Shown: positions 17,307 to 27,696, numbered from the stretch's first letter. The stretch is 64,000 bases of DNA from Gammaproteobacteria bacterium (GCA_016928055.1 JAFGLM010000001.1:31260-95259); one strand, 5' to 3'. Notes: a model not told the origin generated them from the letters alone. Numbers and translations are program-made.

Positions 17307-17919
17307 GCGTCATCTTCCTTACCTTGAGATTGCACTGGCGCTGCAGCCTGTACCATGCTTTATCCGCGGTGGGTCTGGGAAAGCCCGGTTGATGTTGTAA
17401 CCATTTCCAACCAATACCATTGGTATTGCCACCGTAAACCGGATCAGCCAGTAACGCTTCAATTAAATAAGTCAGCATTAAAGACAGCCATTTACGCCCG
17501 CTGCCGCTGTTTTCTATTTTTCTCAGTACGGATTCTCTGTTTTGTTCGTTGAGTTCGGCAAAGAGTTTTTTAAATTCCTTTTGTGTGAGATCATTCAACC
17601 AGCCCGCACCATTAATAATGGAGTCTTTGTCTTTTTGTTCGATTTCAAGCGCATTATGTAGATAAACGATGGCGTTAAAATCGACCGCACCTGGTACATC
17701 TTCACCGGCAGGAAATAAATGCTCCTGCACTGCAGCTAAGGTAAACCAAGGATCATCTCGAATCCAATCAGCCGGTGATATGGAACCCGACTCACGACGA
17801 GCCGCCAGAATATTCGATGGAAACACAGCAACCAGCGATGCCAGCAAACCAAGCTGACCCATAAACTCGCGACGGCTGATACGTTCATTCTGACTGGATT
17901 TATACGGGAATTCTCTCAT
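17296..17919 (-). CDS. Gluconate 2-dehydrogenase subunit 3 (gamma)-family protein with twin-arginine signal
   Basis: 207 aa. The Tat motif SRREFMGQLGLLASLVA is present. It overlaps the GMC gene by 11 nt, the usual small-subunit/large-subunit pairing. Confidence 0.7.
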   Translation of the reverse strand: MREFPYKSSQNERISRREFMGQLGLLASLVAVFPSNILAARRESGSISPADWIRDDPWFTLAAVQEHLFPAGEDVPGAVDFNAIVYLHNALEIEQKDKDSIINGAGWLNDLTQKEFKKLFAELNEQNRESVLRKIENSGSGRKWLSLMLTYLIEALLADPVYGGNTNGIGWKWLQHQPGFPRPTADKAWYRLQRQCNLKVRKMTHEE

Positions 17920-18059
17920 TGATGATGTAATACGCGTGTCTATCGAATGAAGCCACAGTATAACCGTAAAATAGTCTCGCCTTATCCGTCGATGCCGAAT
18001 TGATCCGCTAGTGTGGACAGGCTATAGTCCCCGAGGTTTTCTTTAATCTCTGGAAAGTC

Positions 18060-19034
18060 GTGCAATTATCTGATTACGTAAACACCCTTGGCCAGCACCT
18101 GCTAGCCAAATATGGCTGTCGTGTACATAAATTGGCCATCGATGCGAATTTTACCTGCCCAAACCGTGATGGCAGTAAGGGTATCGGAGGCTGCACATTC
18201 TGCAATAACGACTCCTTCAGCCCCAATACGAAAAAACCCCCATCGATTTTAATGCAAATGAACGCCGGTAAAGCGGTTATTCGACGTCGTACCGGGGCGG
18301 AGCGCTATCTCGCTTATTTTCAGGCCTATACCAACACCTATGCTGAGATAAATGCACTCAAGACCCTTTACGACGAAGCGCTGGCAGACCCTGAGGTCAT
18401 CGGCCTGTCGATTGGAACCAGACCGGATTGTGTACCGGATCCGGTTCTGGACTTGTTGACCCGCTATCAGGACCAGGGCAAGGAAATCTGGCTGGAATTG
18501 GGATTGCAGTCGGCCTTTGATAAAACACTGACCAGGGTTAATCGCGGCCACGGATTCGCTGAATACGTCGACGCTGTGCGTAGAGCCCGGCATCGCAATT
18601 TACAGGTATGCTGCCATTTAATCGTGGGTTTACCGGGTGAAAACCCCGAATGCAGCCTGGAAAGTCATGCCCGTGTCATGGAGCATGGAGTCGATGGATT
18701 TAAAATTCACCCTTTGCACGTGGTAAAGAATACCCTGCTGGCTAAGCAATGGCGCGATGGTGAATATGAGCCGTTGGCGTTGCAGGATTATATCGACACG
18801 GTCAGCGAGATCGTAATCAGATCACCGCGCGAGACTGTTTTCCATCGTTTGACCGGTACTGCCCAGACCCAATTATTATTGGCACCCGACTGGTGCCAAC
18901 GTAAATGGCTGGTGCTCAATTCTATAACTCAGTCCTTACATCAACAATTTGAGGATCGACAATTACCCCATGAGCAAACCATTGGAGCTGATCTGCCCGG
19001 CAGGCAGCATGCCCGCGCTGCAAACAGCGGTTGA
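18060..19034 (+). CDS. TIGR01212-family radical SAM protein (YhcC-like)
   Basis: GTG start. VHKLAIDANFTCPNRDGSKGIGGCTFCNN is the family's N-terminal Cys cluster. GLSIGTRPDC and WLELGLQS are conserved blocks. The 3' tail overlaps ubiU by about 65 nt. Confidence 0.8.
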   Translation: MQLSDYVNTLGQHLLAKYGCRVHKLAIDANFTCPNRDGSKGIGGCTFCNNDSFSPNTKKPPSILMQMNAGKAVIRRRTGAERYLAYFQAYTNTYAEINALKTLYDEALADPEVIGLSIGTRPDCVPDPVLDLLTRYQDQGKEIWLELGLQSAFDKTLTRVNRGHGFAEYVDAVRRARHRNLQVCCHLIVGLPGENPECSLESHARVMEHGVDGFKIHPLHVVKNTLLAKQWRDGEYEPLALQDYIDTVSEIVIRSPRETVFHRLTGTAQTQLLLAPDWCQRKWLVLNSITQSLHQQFEDRQLPHEQTIGADLPGRQHARAANSG

Positions 19035-19977
19035 TGAAGGCGCTGACGCGGTCTATATCGGTTTTCGAGACGACACCAACGCCCGGCATTTCCCCGGCCT
19101 TAATTTTAACGGTCAGCGCGCCCAAAGCGCAGTGCACTATGCGCATAACGCCGGTGTAAAACTATTCGTTGCTATCAACACTTTCCCACAGCCCGCCGGC
19201 TGGTCACGCTGGACCGATGCAGTGGATCATGCTGTTGATCTTGGTGTTGACGCCCTGATCCTGGCGGATATCGGCGTACTTGCCTATGCTTGCGAGCGCT
19301 ATCCGCATCTCGCCCTGCATTTATCGGTACAAAGTTCCGCTACCAACTGCGAAGCATTAAAATTTTATCAAAAACATTTTGGCATTCGACGTGCTGTACT
19401 GCCGCGCGTGTTGTCGTTGGACCAAATTAAACAGGTCGCCGCGAATAGCCCGGTTGATATTGAAGTCTTTGGCTTTGGCAGTTTATGTATTATGGCCGAG
19501 GGTCGTTGTTTTCTGTCTTCTTATGTCACAGCCGAATCACCCAATACCAGCGGGGCCTGTTCGCCGGCTAAAGCGGTGCAATGGGAAGAAAAGGATCAGG
19601 TACGCAGCACGCGCCTTGGCAAAATTCTAATTGATCGCTATGCACCCAACGAATCAGCCGGCTACCCGACGTTGTGCAAAGGTCGCTTTATCGTCAACGG
19701 ACAGACCTATAATGCGCTGGAAGAACCTACCAGCTTAAATACTCTGGAATTATTGCCGGAATTGCGCGCGGCGGGTGTTAAAGCCATCAAGCTTGAAGGC
19801 CGACAACGCAGTCCGATATATGTCAAACAGGTTGTTAAAGTCTGGCGGCAGGCATTGGACACTTTACATAAGGAAGGCGATACCTTTACGCCACGCGTTG
19901 AATGGATGCAACAACTCGCCGCAGTATCGGAAGGCAGTCAAACCACTTTTGGTGCCTATAGCAGACCCTGGCAATGA
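18970..19977 (+). CDS. ubiU: U32-family protein UbiU (O2-independent ubiquinone hydroxylation)
   Basis: Near-colinear with E. coli YhbU as I remember it. Matching blocks: LELICPAGSMPALQTAVDEGADAVYIGFRDDTNARHF, GSLCIMAEGRCFLSSY, GYPTLCKGRF, EEPTSLNTLELLPEL, EGRQRSP. I prefer the start at MSKPLEL over the track's 18949. Confidence 0.9.
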   Translation: MSKPLELICPAGSMPALQTAVDEGADAVYIGFRDDTNARHFPGLNFNGQRAQSAVHYAHNAGVKLFVAINTFPQPAGWSRWTDAVDHAVDLGVDALILADIGVLAYACERYPHLALHLSVQSSATNCEALKFYQKHFGIRRAVLPRVLSLDQIKQVAANSPVDIEVFGFGSLCIMAEGRCFLSSYVTAESPNTSGACSPAKAVQWEEKDQVRSTRLGKILIDRYAPNESAGYPTLCKGRFIVNGQTYNALEEPTSLNTLELLPELRAAGVKAIKLEGRQRSPIYVKQVVKVWRQALDTLHKEGDTFTPRVEWMQQLAAVSEGSQTTFGAYSRPWQ

Positions 19978-20855
19978 AAATTTCTTTAGGACCGATTCAG
20001 TATTTCTGGCCAAAAAATAAGGTTGTCGCTTTCTATCGCGAAATGGCAGAGACGCCGGTTGATATATTTTATCTTGGCGAAACAGTTTGCTATAAGCGCA
20101 ATGAACTGCGTCTTAGTGACTGGATTGAAATCGCGCATCAACTTGCTTCCAACGGTAAAGAAGTAGTGCTTTCCACTCTAGCCCTGCTGGAAGCAACTGC
20201 TGAACTCAATTCAGTTCGTAAGGTTTGTGAAAATGGCGAGTTTATGATTGAAGCGAATGATATCGCCGCCATCAATTTGTTATCCGAAGCAAAATTACCC
20301 TTTATAACCGGGCCAACAATCAACAGTTATAACATCCAGACGATAAAATATTTTCAAGCCCTGGGCATGCTGCGCTGGGTGATGCCGGTTGAGTTGGGTC
20401 GGCAAACATTAAAAAAGATCATTACCGGACTGGACCCGGAAAATTTGCCGCAAACAGAAGTGTTTGCCTATGGCAAACTGCCGCTGGCCTATTCCGCTCG
20501 TTGCTTTACCGCGCGTGCACACGATCTGCCAAAAGACCGCTGCCAGCTAAAATGTCTGAACTATCCGGACGGATTGCTGCTGGAATCTCAGGAACAGCGG
20601 TCTCTGTTTACTATTAATGGCATACAAACTCAATCCGGTGATTGTTATGACCTGCGTTCGCAGTGGCGGGAAATGAAACGAATCGGCGTCGATGTGATGC
20701 GCATCAGCCCACAAGCAGAAAACACCTCAGACATTATTAATGACCTGTATGCGAATATTCAAAATGATGAAGTGGTGAACTACGCGGAATCCGGATTCTG
20801 TAATGGTTACTGGTTCGGTCAAAGCGGTCTGGAATGGGTCGCTGCAGCGGAATAG
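19974..20855 (+). CDS. ubiV: U32-family protein UbiV
   Basis: MKISLGPIQYFWPK..., LSTLALLEA, GEFMIEAND and LPLAYSARCFTARAHDLPKDRCQLKC match YhbV/UbiV. ATGA overlap with ubiU. Confidence 0.9.
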   Translation: MKISLGPIQYFWPKNKVVAFYREMAETPVDIFYLGETVCYKRNELRLSDWIEIAHQLASNGKEVVLSTLALLEATAELNSVRKVCENGEFMIEANDIAAINLLSEAKLPFITGPTINSYNIQTIKYFQALGMLRWVMPVELGRQTLKKIITGLDPENLPQTEVFAYGKLPLAYSARCFTARAHDLPKDRCQLKCLNYPDGLLLESQEQRSLFTINGIQTQSGDCYDLRSQWREMKRIGVDVMRISPQAENTSDIINDLYANIQNDEVVNYAESGFCNGYWFGQSGLEWVAAAE

Positions 20856-21310
20856 TTTTTTGAAATTAAGACCAACCGTAACAACAACTTTTGTAACGGG
20901 ACTGGTAAAACAAGCGGACCGATACTATCCATTACATTTTTAACTGACAGGCTGATTTCAGTGCTGCCTTCAATATTCAAGCGGCGCTGAAAAAACAGCG
21001 TATCAGGGTCTTCCTGCCCGGTCACCAGCAACACAAATTCATCAGCGTTTCCGGATATATGCGCGTCTGCATGGCTATCAACCGGGTATAGAGTGAGACG
21101 GCCTGATTGCAGACCGGCCACCCAGCTGATTCCCATATCCAGTATCGATATCTTAATCTTATGTTGTTCCAGAAAATCCAGCTCGCCTTGTTGCAAAGGC
21201 TCTTTGAATATCTGTTGGGCGCCTCTTTCGAAAAACTGTTTCTGTATCGGAAACGGAATCTTTCTGGCGGCAAAGCCAGCAATACGTTTGGTTTGACTAA
21301 AAATATTCAT
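20819..21310 (-). CDS. ubiT: SCP2-domain ubiquinone biosynthesis accessory factor UbiT
   Basis: GELDFLE..., ADEFVLLVTGQEDPDTLFFQRRLNIEGSTEISLSVKNVMD matches YhbT/UbiT. I prefer the start at MNIFSQTK (21310). The 3' end overlaps the ubiV 3' end by 37 nt. Confidence 0.85.
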   Translation of the reverse strand: MNIFSQTKRIAGFAARKIPFPIQKQFFERGAQQIFKEPLQQGELDFLEQHKIKISILDMGISWVAGLQSGRLTLYPVDSHADAHISGNADEFVLLVTGQEDPDTLFFQRRLNIEGSTEISLSVKNVMDSIGPLVLPVPLQKLLLRLVLISKNYSAAATHSRPL

Positions 21311-21363
21311 GAGTGGGCCGAATATTAGCAAACAATAGAATTTCCTGCTATTTTAAGCCGGTT

Positions 21364-22404
21364 ATGATTCAAATCGAAAAACACAACCGACAAATCGCGA
21401 TCTGGCTTTTCATTTGTGCCGCGAGCATTTTCATAATGATAATGCTGGGCGGTATCACACGACTAACCCATTCCGGTTTGTCGATGGTAGAGTGGAAACC
21501 ACTATTGGGCGTTATACCACCATTAAATGACTCTGACTGGCAGCTAACCTTTGAAAAATACAAGGCTTTCCCCGAGTACCTGAAAATGAATTCAGGTATG
21601 TCGTTGACGGAATTTAAAACTATTTTTTATTTTGAATATTTTCACCGTCTTTTGGGTCGATTGATCGGGATTATTTTTCTGGTTCCATTCCTTTACTTCT
21701 GGATTAAAGGCCAACTTTCAAAACCTCTGCTCGCAAAACTTACTTTGATATTTGTCATTGGCGGTCTGCAGGGTCTGCTGGGTTGGTATATGGTTAAAAG
21801 CGGTTTAATTAACGAACCACGCGTCAGCCCATACCGATTGTCGGCGCACCTCGTCACCGCTATTATTATTTACGCTTATATTCTCTGGATTGCCTTTGGA
21901 TTGCTTTCTAAACCGAAATTTTCCGGAGAGACCAATACCAGCAGAGGTCTGTACCGCTTTTCGGTTTCCGTAACCAGCATTATTTTATTTATGTTTTTAT
22001 CGGGTGCGCTTGTCGCCGGTACTCACGCCGGCTTTACTTACAACACCTTCCCATTGATGGCAGGTGAATTTGTGCCGGACGGTTTATTTACATTGCAGCC
22101 GCTATGGCGAAATCTGTTTGAAAATATTATTACGGTGCAATTCAATCACCGTATTCTGGCCTATCTCATATTGATACTCGCAGCAACCCTGTCTTTTTTA
22201 ACTTACCGCTTAAAAATAAATCGTGGTGTAACTATTACCGCGCTGATACTCGCCGTAATGCTGTTTGTTCAAATCAGCCTTGGCATCGCTACCCTGGTTT
22301 ACGTTGTGCCGGTCGCGCTCGCTTCACTGCATCAGGGCTGCGCAGTATTACTCTTTGCCGCTTCTCTATTTCTGACTCATCAACTTAAAACAAAAACTGA
22401 CTGA
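21364..22404 (+). CDS. ctaA: Heme A synthase, COX15/CtaA family
   Basis: LGGITRLTHSGLSMVEWKPLLGVIPPLNDSDWQLTFEKYKAFPEY and FEYFHR are COX15 hallmarks. Multiple transmembrane segments. I prefer the start at MIQIEK. Confidence 0.85.
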   Translation: MIQIEKHNRQIAIWLFICAASIFIMIMLGGITRLTHSGLSMVEWKPLLGVIPPLNDSDWQLTFEKYKAFPEYLKMNSGMSLTEFKTIFYFEYFHRLLGRLIGIIFLVPFLYFWIKGQLSKPLLAKLTLIFVIGGLQGLLGWYMVKSGLINEPRVSPYRLSAHLVTAIIIYAYILWIAFGLLSKPKFSGETNTSRGLYRFSVSVTSIILFMFLSGALVAGTHAGFTYNTFPLMAGEFVPDGLFTLQPLWRNLFENIITVQFNHRILAYLILILAATLSFLTYRLKINRGVTITALILAVMLFVQISLGIATLVYVVPVALASLHQGCAVLLFAASLFLTHQLKTKTD

Positions 22405-22686
22405 ACAAGTCGCGTCTGCACTGCAAGCAAGGGGGGACAGAAACTTGCAGTGTCAGACGCTACGACCATTCATCTTTCAATAAGTGACTCTCCTTTTTTA
22501 CCGTTGATATTGAAGCAGATTATCCACTGCGTTTTCATATTTCCTTCGTTTTCGATTATTGAGTAACACAAAGTGTGCCAACCTGTTGAGACGGCTACAG
22601 CACGTTCGAAAGGCAGATAAAGAGCTCAATTCAGAAGATCGTCTATAAAAATGGTGCACGAAAGCACAAAATGAGTGCAATTGCCG

Positions 22687-23268
22687 CTATTCGAGTATCA
22701 TCTCAACCTGCTTGATAGCATTCTTGATTTCATTTTCTCTAGACGGTAATCGCATCACCACACGTAAGCCAAGTGTAAAAGCGACCAGACTGTCAGCAAC
22801 GATATTTGCATCAAGTACCGTGTTAATCTCACCCCGGCTTTGGCCCTTAATAATACTGTCCTTATAGAATGTTCGCAGCCCGTTGAATCCTTCTTGCACA
22901 AGTTGCGAAATTTCTTCGTCGTGCGGGGCAACTTCCAGTGCTGTATTCACCAGCAGACAGCCCGGGCAATGACCCGGATTATCCAATTCCTCTTCGAGTA
23001 TGCTTTCAAATACCGCCAATATTGCGTTTTTAGGCGATTTACCATCTATCAACCCCGCGAACCAGTTGGTCAATTGCTGTTGATAGTGGCGCAATACCCC
23101 CATAAATAAATCACGCTTGTTACCAAAAGTGCCATAAATGCTACCCGGATTGATACCCATGCTCTTAATCAGGTCCTGCATGGATGTACGTTGATAGCCT
23201 TGCTGCCAGAATACCTGCATGGCTGCATCCAGTGTCTCATTTACATCGAATGATTTTTCCCATGGCAT
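22687..23268 (-). CDS. TetR/AcrR-family transcriptional regulator
   Basis: 193 aa. N-terminal helix-turn-helix region AAMQVFWQQGYQRTSMQDLIKSMGINPGSIYGTFGNKRDLF. Confidence 0.85.
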   Translation of the reverse strand: MPWEKSFDVNETLDAAMQVFWQQGYQRTSMQDLIKSMGINPGSIYGTFGNKRDLFMGVLRHYQQQLTNWFAGLIDGKSPKNAILAVFESILEEELDNPGHCPGCLLVNTALEVAPHDEEISQLVQEGFNGLRTFYKDSIIKGQSRGEINTVLDANIVADSLVAFTLGLRVVMRLPSRENEIKNAIKQVEMILE

Positions 23269-23891
23269 ATTTTTGTCGCTCTTATGTGGTTTGGTTCAGA
23301 TCTTTTTTCTTGAACATTCATTCAGTTCTTATTTAATTGGCAGCGAAATCGCAACCATTTGACTTAGGTCAAGACGAAACAGCCTCTTGCTGACTAATCT
23401 CTCGGCAGAGTTGAGCGGCAGAGCCGGAAACCGTTATTGTTTAGCCGACAACACTCCCTCTCAGACGGAGCTTCCGGGGAAACGCCACTCTTTGCGACGC
23501 CGCTCCGGTTGCGGTCCCGGGGCGGCTCGCGTACATCTGGAATAAGTAGTTTATAAGCTCTCTCCTACCGCATCGCAAACCTGCCATCGTGCTTTTTTCA
23601 GAATTTGCCTAATAGTCGTCATAAATTAATGGTTATTGCAAGTTATTGGTGTTTGTCTGGGGATTCCCAGCACCACAGATCACTAAATAATTGCGCATTA
23701 AGGCTATTCCGGCATTGTTACCCAATCCAGCTTGCCAGTTGACAGATCCTGTGGATAATGTCGCACTGGATCCGTCAAAAACCCTCGAATTGTATGGCAA
23801 TTCGACCCATTAGTGATCGTTTTGCCGGTACCACTGTCGTTTTAACGACTTCGCCCTTAACCAACATACTTTCAAACCGTGCAGGATTAAC

Positions 23892-24419
23892 ATGAGCGCA
23901 ATTATGCAAGCAAAACAAAAAAATTCATTCGACTACCAGGACATATTGCGATGTGGTGATGGCGAGTTATTTGGACCCGGTGGCCCACGCTTACCGGCAC
24001 CCAATATGCTGATGTTTGATCGCATTTCCCTGATTAATGATAATGGTGGTAAGTATGGTCTTGGCCAGGTCGTCGCGGAACTCGATATTAACCCTGATTT
24101 ATGGTTCTTTAAGTGTCATTTTAAAAGCGATCCGGTCATGCCCGGTTGTCTTGGTCTGGACGCTATGTGGCAATTGATTGGCTTCTTCCTTGGCTGGGCC
24201 GGCGGTGAAGGCTACGGACGCGCTCTGGGAGCCGGTGAAATCAAGTTTAAGGGGCAAGTTTTGCCAACTGCCAAAAAGGTGGAGTATCGCGTCGATATCA
24301 AGCGCCTGATCATGCAGAAGCTGAAACTGGCCACAGCAGACGCTGAAACGCTGGTTGACGGTGAAATGATCTATAATGCGAAGGATCTGAAAGTCGGCCT
24401 GTTCACCAATCCTCAATAA
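23892..24419 (+). CDS. fabA: 3-hydroxydecanoyl-ACP dehydratase/isomerase
   Basis: [12 protein letters not shown]..., [27 protein letters not shown] is the FabA active-site region. Confidence 0.95.
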   Translation: MSAIMQAKQKNSFDYQDILRCGDGELFGPGGPRLPAPNMLMFDRISLINDNGGKYGLGQVVAELDINPDLWFFKCHFKSDPVMPGCLGLDAMWQLIGFFLGWAGGEGYGRALGAGEIKFKGQVLPTAKKVEYRVDIKRLIMQKLKLATADAETLVDGEMIYNAKDLKVGLFTNPQ

Positions 24420-24455
24420 CCATTTAACTGTTATAAAAAGCATTCATCGAAGATT

Positions 24456-25676
24456 ATGAGAAGAGTGGTCATTACCGGACTGGGCATCGTTTCATGCCTG
24501 GGTAACAACAAAGAAAGCGTAACGGAAAGCTTACGCAGCAGCCGTTCCGGCATTCGTTTTAATCAGGAATACTGCGACATGGGTCTGCGCAGCCAGGTTT
24601 CCGGGTCGGTTGATCTGGACTTGGCGGAACAGATCGATCGCAAGCATTTGCGCATGATGGGTAATGCCGCCGCCTTTAACTATATTGCCATGCGGGATGC
24701 CATTGCTGATGCCGGGCTCGATGAAAAACGGGTATCAAATGTTCGCACCGGCCTGATAACGGGTTCCGGTGGCGGGTCCAACCTCAATATTATCGAATCC
24801 GCGGACATATTACGCACGCGTGGTATCCGTAAGGTTGGACCGTATCGGGTACCCAGATCAATGAGCAGTACGACATCAGCCTGTTTGTCAACCTTCTATA
24901 AAATCAAGGGCGTAAATTACTCCATTACTTCTGCCTGTGCGACCAGTGCTCATTGTATTGGCGCTGCGATGGAGCAGATCCAGCTGAACAAGCAGGATCT
25001 TATGTTTGCCGGTGGCGGCGAGGAAGAGCACTGGAGCCTGACGGTGCTGTTTGATGCCATGGGTGCTCTATCTTCGGTTCGAAACGACGACCCAACGCAT
25101 GCATCACGCGCCTTTGACGCGAACCGGGATGGTTTTGTTATCGCCGGCGGGGGTGGTGTTTTGGTGCTGGAAGAGCTTGAGCACGCACGTCAACGCGGCG
25201 CGACGATCTACGCTGAACTGGTTGGCTACGGCGCAACTTCAGACGGCTATGACATGGTTGCACCCTCCGGCGAAGGCGCTGCACGCTGCATGCAACAAGC
25301 CTTGTCCTCACTGGACAGCAAGATTGACTACATCAATGCGCATGGAACCAGTACACCGGCAGGTGATTCTGCCGAGCTAAGAGCTCTCAAACAGGTCTTC
25401 TCTGCAGACTGTCCTCGCATGACCTCGACCAAATCGTTGACGGGACATTCATTAGGTGCTGCCGGTGTGCAGGAAGCCATTTACAGCCTCCTTATGCTCG
25501 AACATGATTTTATTGCAGGATCAGCCAATATCGAGAATTTTGACCCGGAAGCAGAGGGTATTCCAATCCCACAAAAAACCATAGAAAATGCCGGCCTCAG
25601 AACCGTCATGTCTAACAGTTTTGGTTTCGGTGGCACTAATGCAACCCTGATTTTCCGCAAACTGAATGAAACTTGA
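24456..25676 (+). CDS. fabB: Beta-ketoacyl-ACP synthase I
   Basis: 406 aa. [40 protein letters not shown] and [15 protein letters not shown] are present. It directly follows fabA. Confidence 0.9.
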   Translation: MRRVVITGLGIVSCLGNNKESVTESLRSSRSGIRFNQEYCDMGLRSQVSGSVDLDLAEQIDRKHLRMMGNAAAFNYIAMRDAIADAGLDEKRVSNVRTGLITGSGGGSNLNIIESADILRTRGIRKVGPYRVPRSMSSTTSACLSTFYKIKGVNYSITSACATSAHCIGAAMEQIQLNKQDLMFAGGGEEEHWSLTVLFDAMGALSSVRNDDPTHASRAFDANRDGFVIAGGGGVLVLEELEHARQRGATIYAELVGYGATSDGYDMVAPSGEGAARCMQQALSSLDSKIDYINAHGTSTPAGDSAELRALKQVFSADCPRMTSTKSLTGHSLGAAGVQEAIYSLLMLEHDFIAGSANIENFDPEAEGIPIPQKTIENAGLRTVMSNSFGFGGTNATLIFRKLNET

Positions 25677-26304
25677 AGATATTCGGCGTGAGTACGTAGG
25701 CCGGGGTTTATCACGCAAAGATCTGTTAGCGGACCCCATAGAGCAGTTCACAGTGTGGATGCAACAAGCCTGCGATGCCGGAGTGGTCGATTCAACCGCC
25801 ATGACCCTGGCGACAGTGTCTGCGCAGGGACAGGCATCGCAGCGTGTGGTGTTGCTTAAGCACATCGATACCAACGGTTTCGTTTTCTATACCAACCTCG
25901 ATAGCCGCAAAGCACAGGAAATTGCCGGCAATCCTCACGTGAGTCTCTTATTTGCCTGGTTAACCATGAACCGGCAGGTCATTGTTCAAGGCACTGCCGA
26001 GAGGCTTTCAAGCGTAGAGGTAATGAAATACTTTGTTACCCGGCCGCGCGACAGTCAACTGGCAGCCTGGGCTTCACACCAAAGCCACCCGATTGGTTCA
26101 CGTGCCTTGCTGGAGCAAGCCTTTGATAATATGAAACGCAAATTCATTGAGGGAAAAGTGCCGTTACCTTCATTCTGGGGTGGCTTTCGTGTCAGACACA
26201 AGCAAATTGAATTCTGGCAAGGCAGAGAAAATCGCTTGCATGACCGCTTTCAATACAGCTCCGATGACAGCGGTCAGTGGCAAATCGTACGACTAGCACC
26301 TTAA
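25666..26304 (+). CDS. pdxH: Pyridoxamine/pyridoxine 5'-phosphate oxidase
   Basis: [61 protein letters not shown]. Confidence 0.9.
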   Translation: MKLEDIRREYVGRGLSRKDLLADPIEQFTVWMQQACDAGVVDSTAMTLATVSAQGQASQRVVLLKHIDTNGFVFYTNLDSRKAQEIAGNPHVSLLFAWLTMNRQVIVQGTAERLSSVEVMKYFVTRPRDSQLAAWASHQSHPIGSRALLEQAFDNMKRKFIEGKVPLPSFWGGFRVRHKQIEFWQGRENRLHDRFQYSSDDSGQWQIVRLAP

Positions 26305-26327
26305 CCTTTGACTCTGCTTACACGAGT

Positions 26328-27695
26328 ATGAATAAAGGAACGACATCGATTACCACCCAGGATCTGGATCAACGTTTACAGTCCCAACGGGTCCCTCGTT
26401 ATACCAGTTATCCACCTGCGACTGAATTTGCCGGCCTACCCCCTGAAACACAACAAAACTGGCTGACTGAAATCAATAAAGATCTACCCGTTTCCCTTTA
26501 TATACATATTCCCTATTGCGATCAGCTTTGCTGGTTCTGCGGTTGTTTCACTTCCATCACACACCGATATGAACCGGTTGCAAAGTATCTGGATTTACTG
26601 ATTCAGGAAATCGAATGGGTTCATTCGATTACCGGAAACTTGCGGGTCAGCCATTTACATATGGGTGGCGGATCGCCCACAACTTTGAGTGCAAAGGATT
26701 TCACCAGGCTACTGGCGTTCATACGGGAAAAATACTCTTTTGATGCTAACGCCGAAATCGCTGTTGAAATCGACCCTCGCACCATTGACGACAGCAAGAT
26801 ACGGGCTTTTGTTGCATCAGGTGTAACACGTGCCAGTCTGGGCGTACAGGATTTTTCTCTGCCGGTGCAAGAAGCCGTTAATCGAATCCAACCCTATTCA
26901 CTGGTTGAAATAGTCACCAACAAACTGCGTGACTCGGGCATCAATAAAATTAATCTCGATTTGATGTATGGCTTACCTCTTCAAACTATCGATTCAGTTA
27001 TTAATACGGCACAACAGGCGCTCACCCTGGCAGCGGATCGTCTTGCGGTATTTGGCTATGCACACGTACCCTGGATGCGAAAACATCAATGTGTGCTGGA
27101 TGAATTTCCCATGGCCGATCCGACGCAAAGATTGCAGATGTTTAATGCCATGAAAAAGGTTTTTACCGAAAATGGTTATGAAACCATTGGCATCGATCAT
27201 TTTGCCAGGCACGATGACGAACTGACAAAATCACTTCATGCGCGAACCCTACGGCGAAATTTTCAGGGTTACACATCGGATCAAGCAGAAACACTGATTG
27301 GTTTTGGTCTTTCGTCAATCAGTTCTTTATCTCAAGGTTATATACAAAATACGCTAAAGTTGCAGGACTACAAAAAAGCCCTGCAGGAGAATACAGCGAT
27401 TGCGCATCGCGGCATTGCCATTAGTCAACAGGATAAAATGCGACGTACCATTATTTCGGAATTAATGTGCTTCTATAATGTTGATTTAAAGCAAGTGGCC
27501 AATCAATATTCGCTCGATACCGGTTTTGAATCCGAACTGACTAAACTGGCACCATTCTTTGATGCCGGCCTTGTAAGTCTTGACGATACCGTCCTATTGA
27601 TAACGAATAATGGGCGACCTTATGTTCGTACTGTCTGCGCGGCATTTGATCAGTATCTAAAAGCGGACAGCTCGCATTTTTCGCTGGCGGTTTAA
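26328..27695 (+). CDS. hemN: Oxygen-independent coproporphyrinogen III oxidase (radical SAM)
   Basis: VPRYTSYPPATEF, LYIHIPYCDQLCWFCGC, HLHMGGGSPT. I prefer the start at MNKGTT (26328) over the track's 26277, which overlaps pdxH. Confidence 0.9.
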   Translation: MNKGTTSITTQDLDQRLQSQRVPRYTSYPPATEFAGLPPETQQNWLTEINKDLPVSLYIHIPYCDQLCWFCGCFTSITHRYEPVAKYLDLLIQEIEWVHSITGNLRVSHLHMGGGSPTTLSAKDFTRLLAFIREKYSFDANAEIAVEIDPRTIDDSKIRAFVASGVTRASLGVQDFSLPVQEAVNRIQPYSLVEIVTNKLRDSGINKINLDLMYGLPLQTIDSVINTAQQALTLAADRLAVFGYAHVPWMRKHQCVLDEFPMADPTQRLQMFNAMKKVFTENGYETIGIDHFARHDDELTKSLHARTLRRNFQGYTSDQAETLIGFGLSSISSLSQGYIQNTLKLQDYKKALQENTAIAHRGIAISQQDKMRRTIISELMCFYNVDLKQVANQYSLDTGFESELTKLAPFFDAGLVSLDDTVLLITNNGRPYVRTVCAAFDQYLKADSSHFSLAV

Positions 27696-27696
27696 G

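Noticed and set aside
22498-22680. 60-aa minus-strand ORF between ctaA and the TetR gene, and an imperfect stem-loop at about 22411-22460 (gcgtctgcactgcaag...cttgcagtgtcagacgc)
   Set aside because: The ORF is Arg/Ser/Cys-rich with no RBS or family. The hairpin may help terminate ctaA, but it has a 16-nt loop, a bulge and no T-run, so I did not call it as a feature.
23380-23540. Identification of the GC-rich core upstream of fabA as 6S RNA, SRP RNA, RNase P RNA, tmRNA or a cobalamin riboswitch
   Set aside because: By eye, the 5' and 3' ends do not pair into the long 6S-type helix, and none of the conserved cores I remember for those RNAs is present. It remains only an unexplained element.
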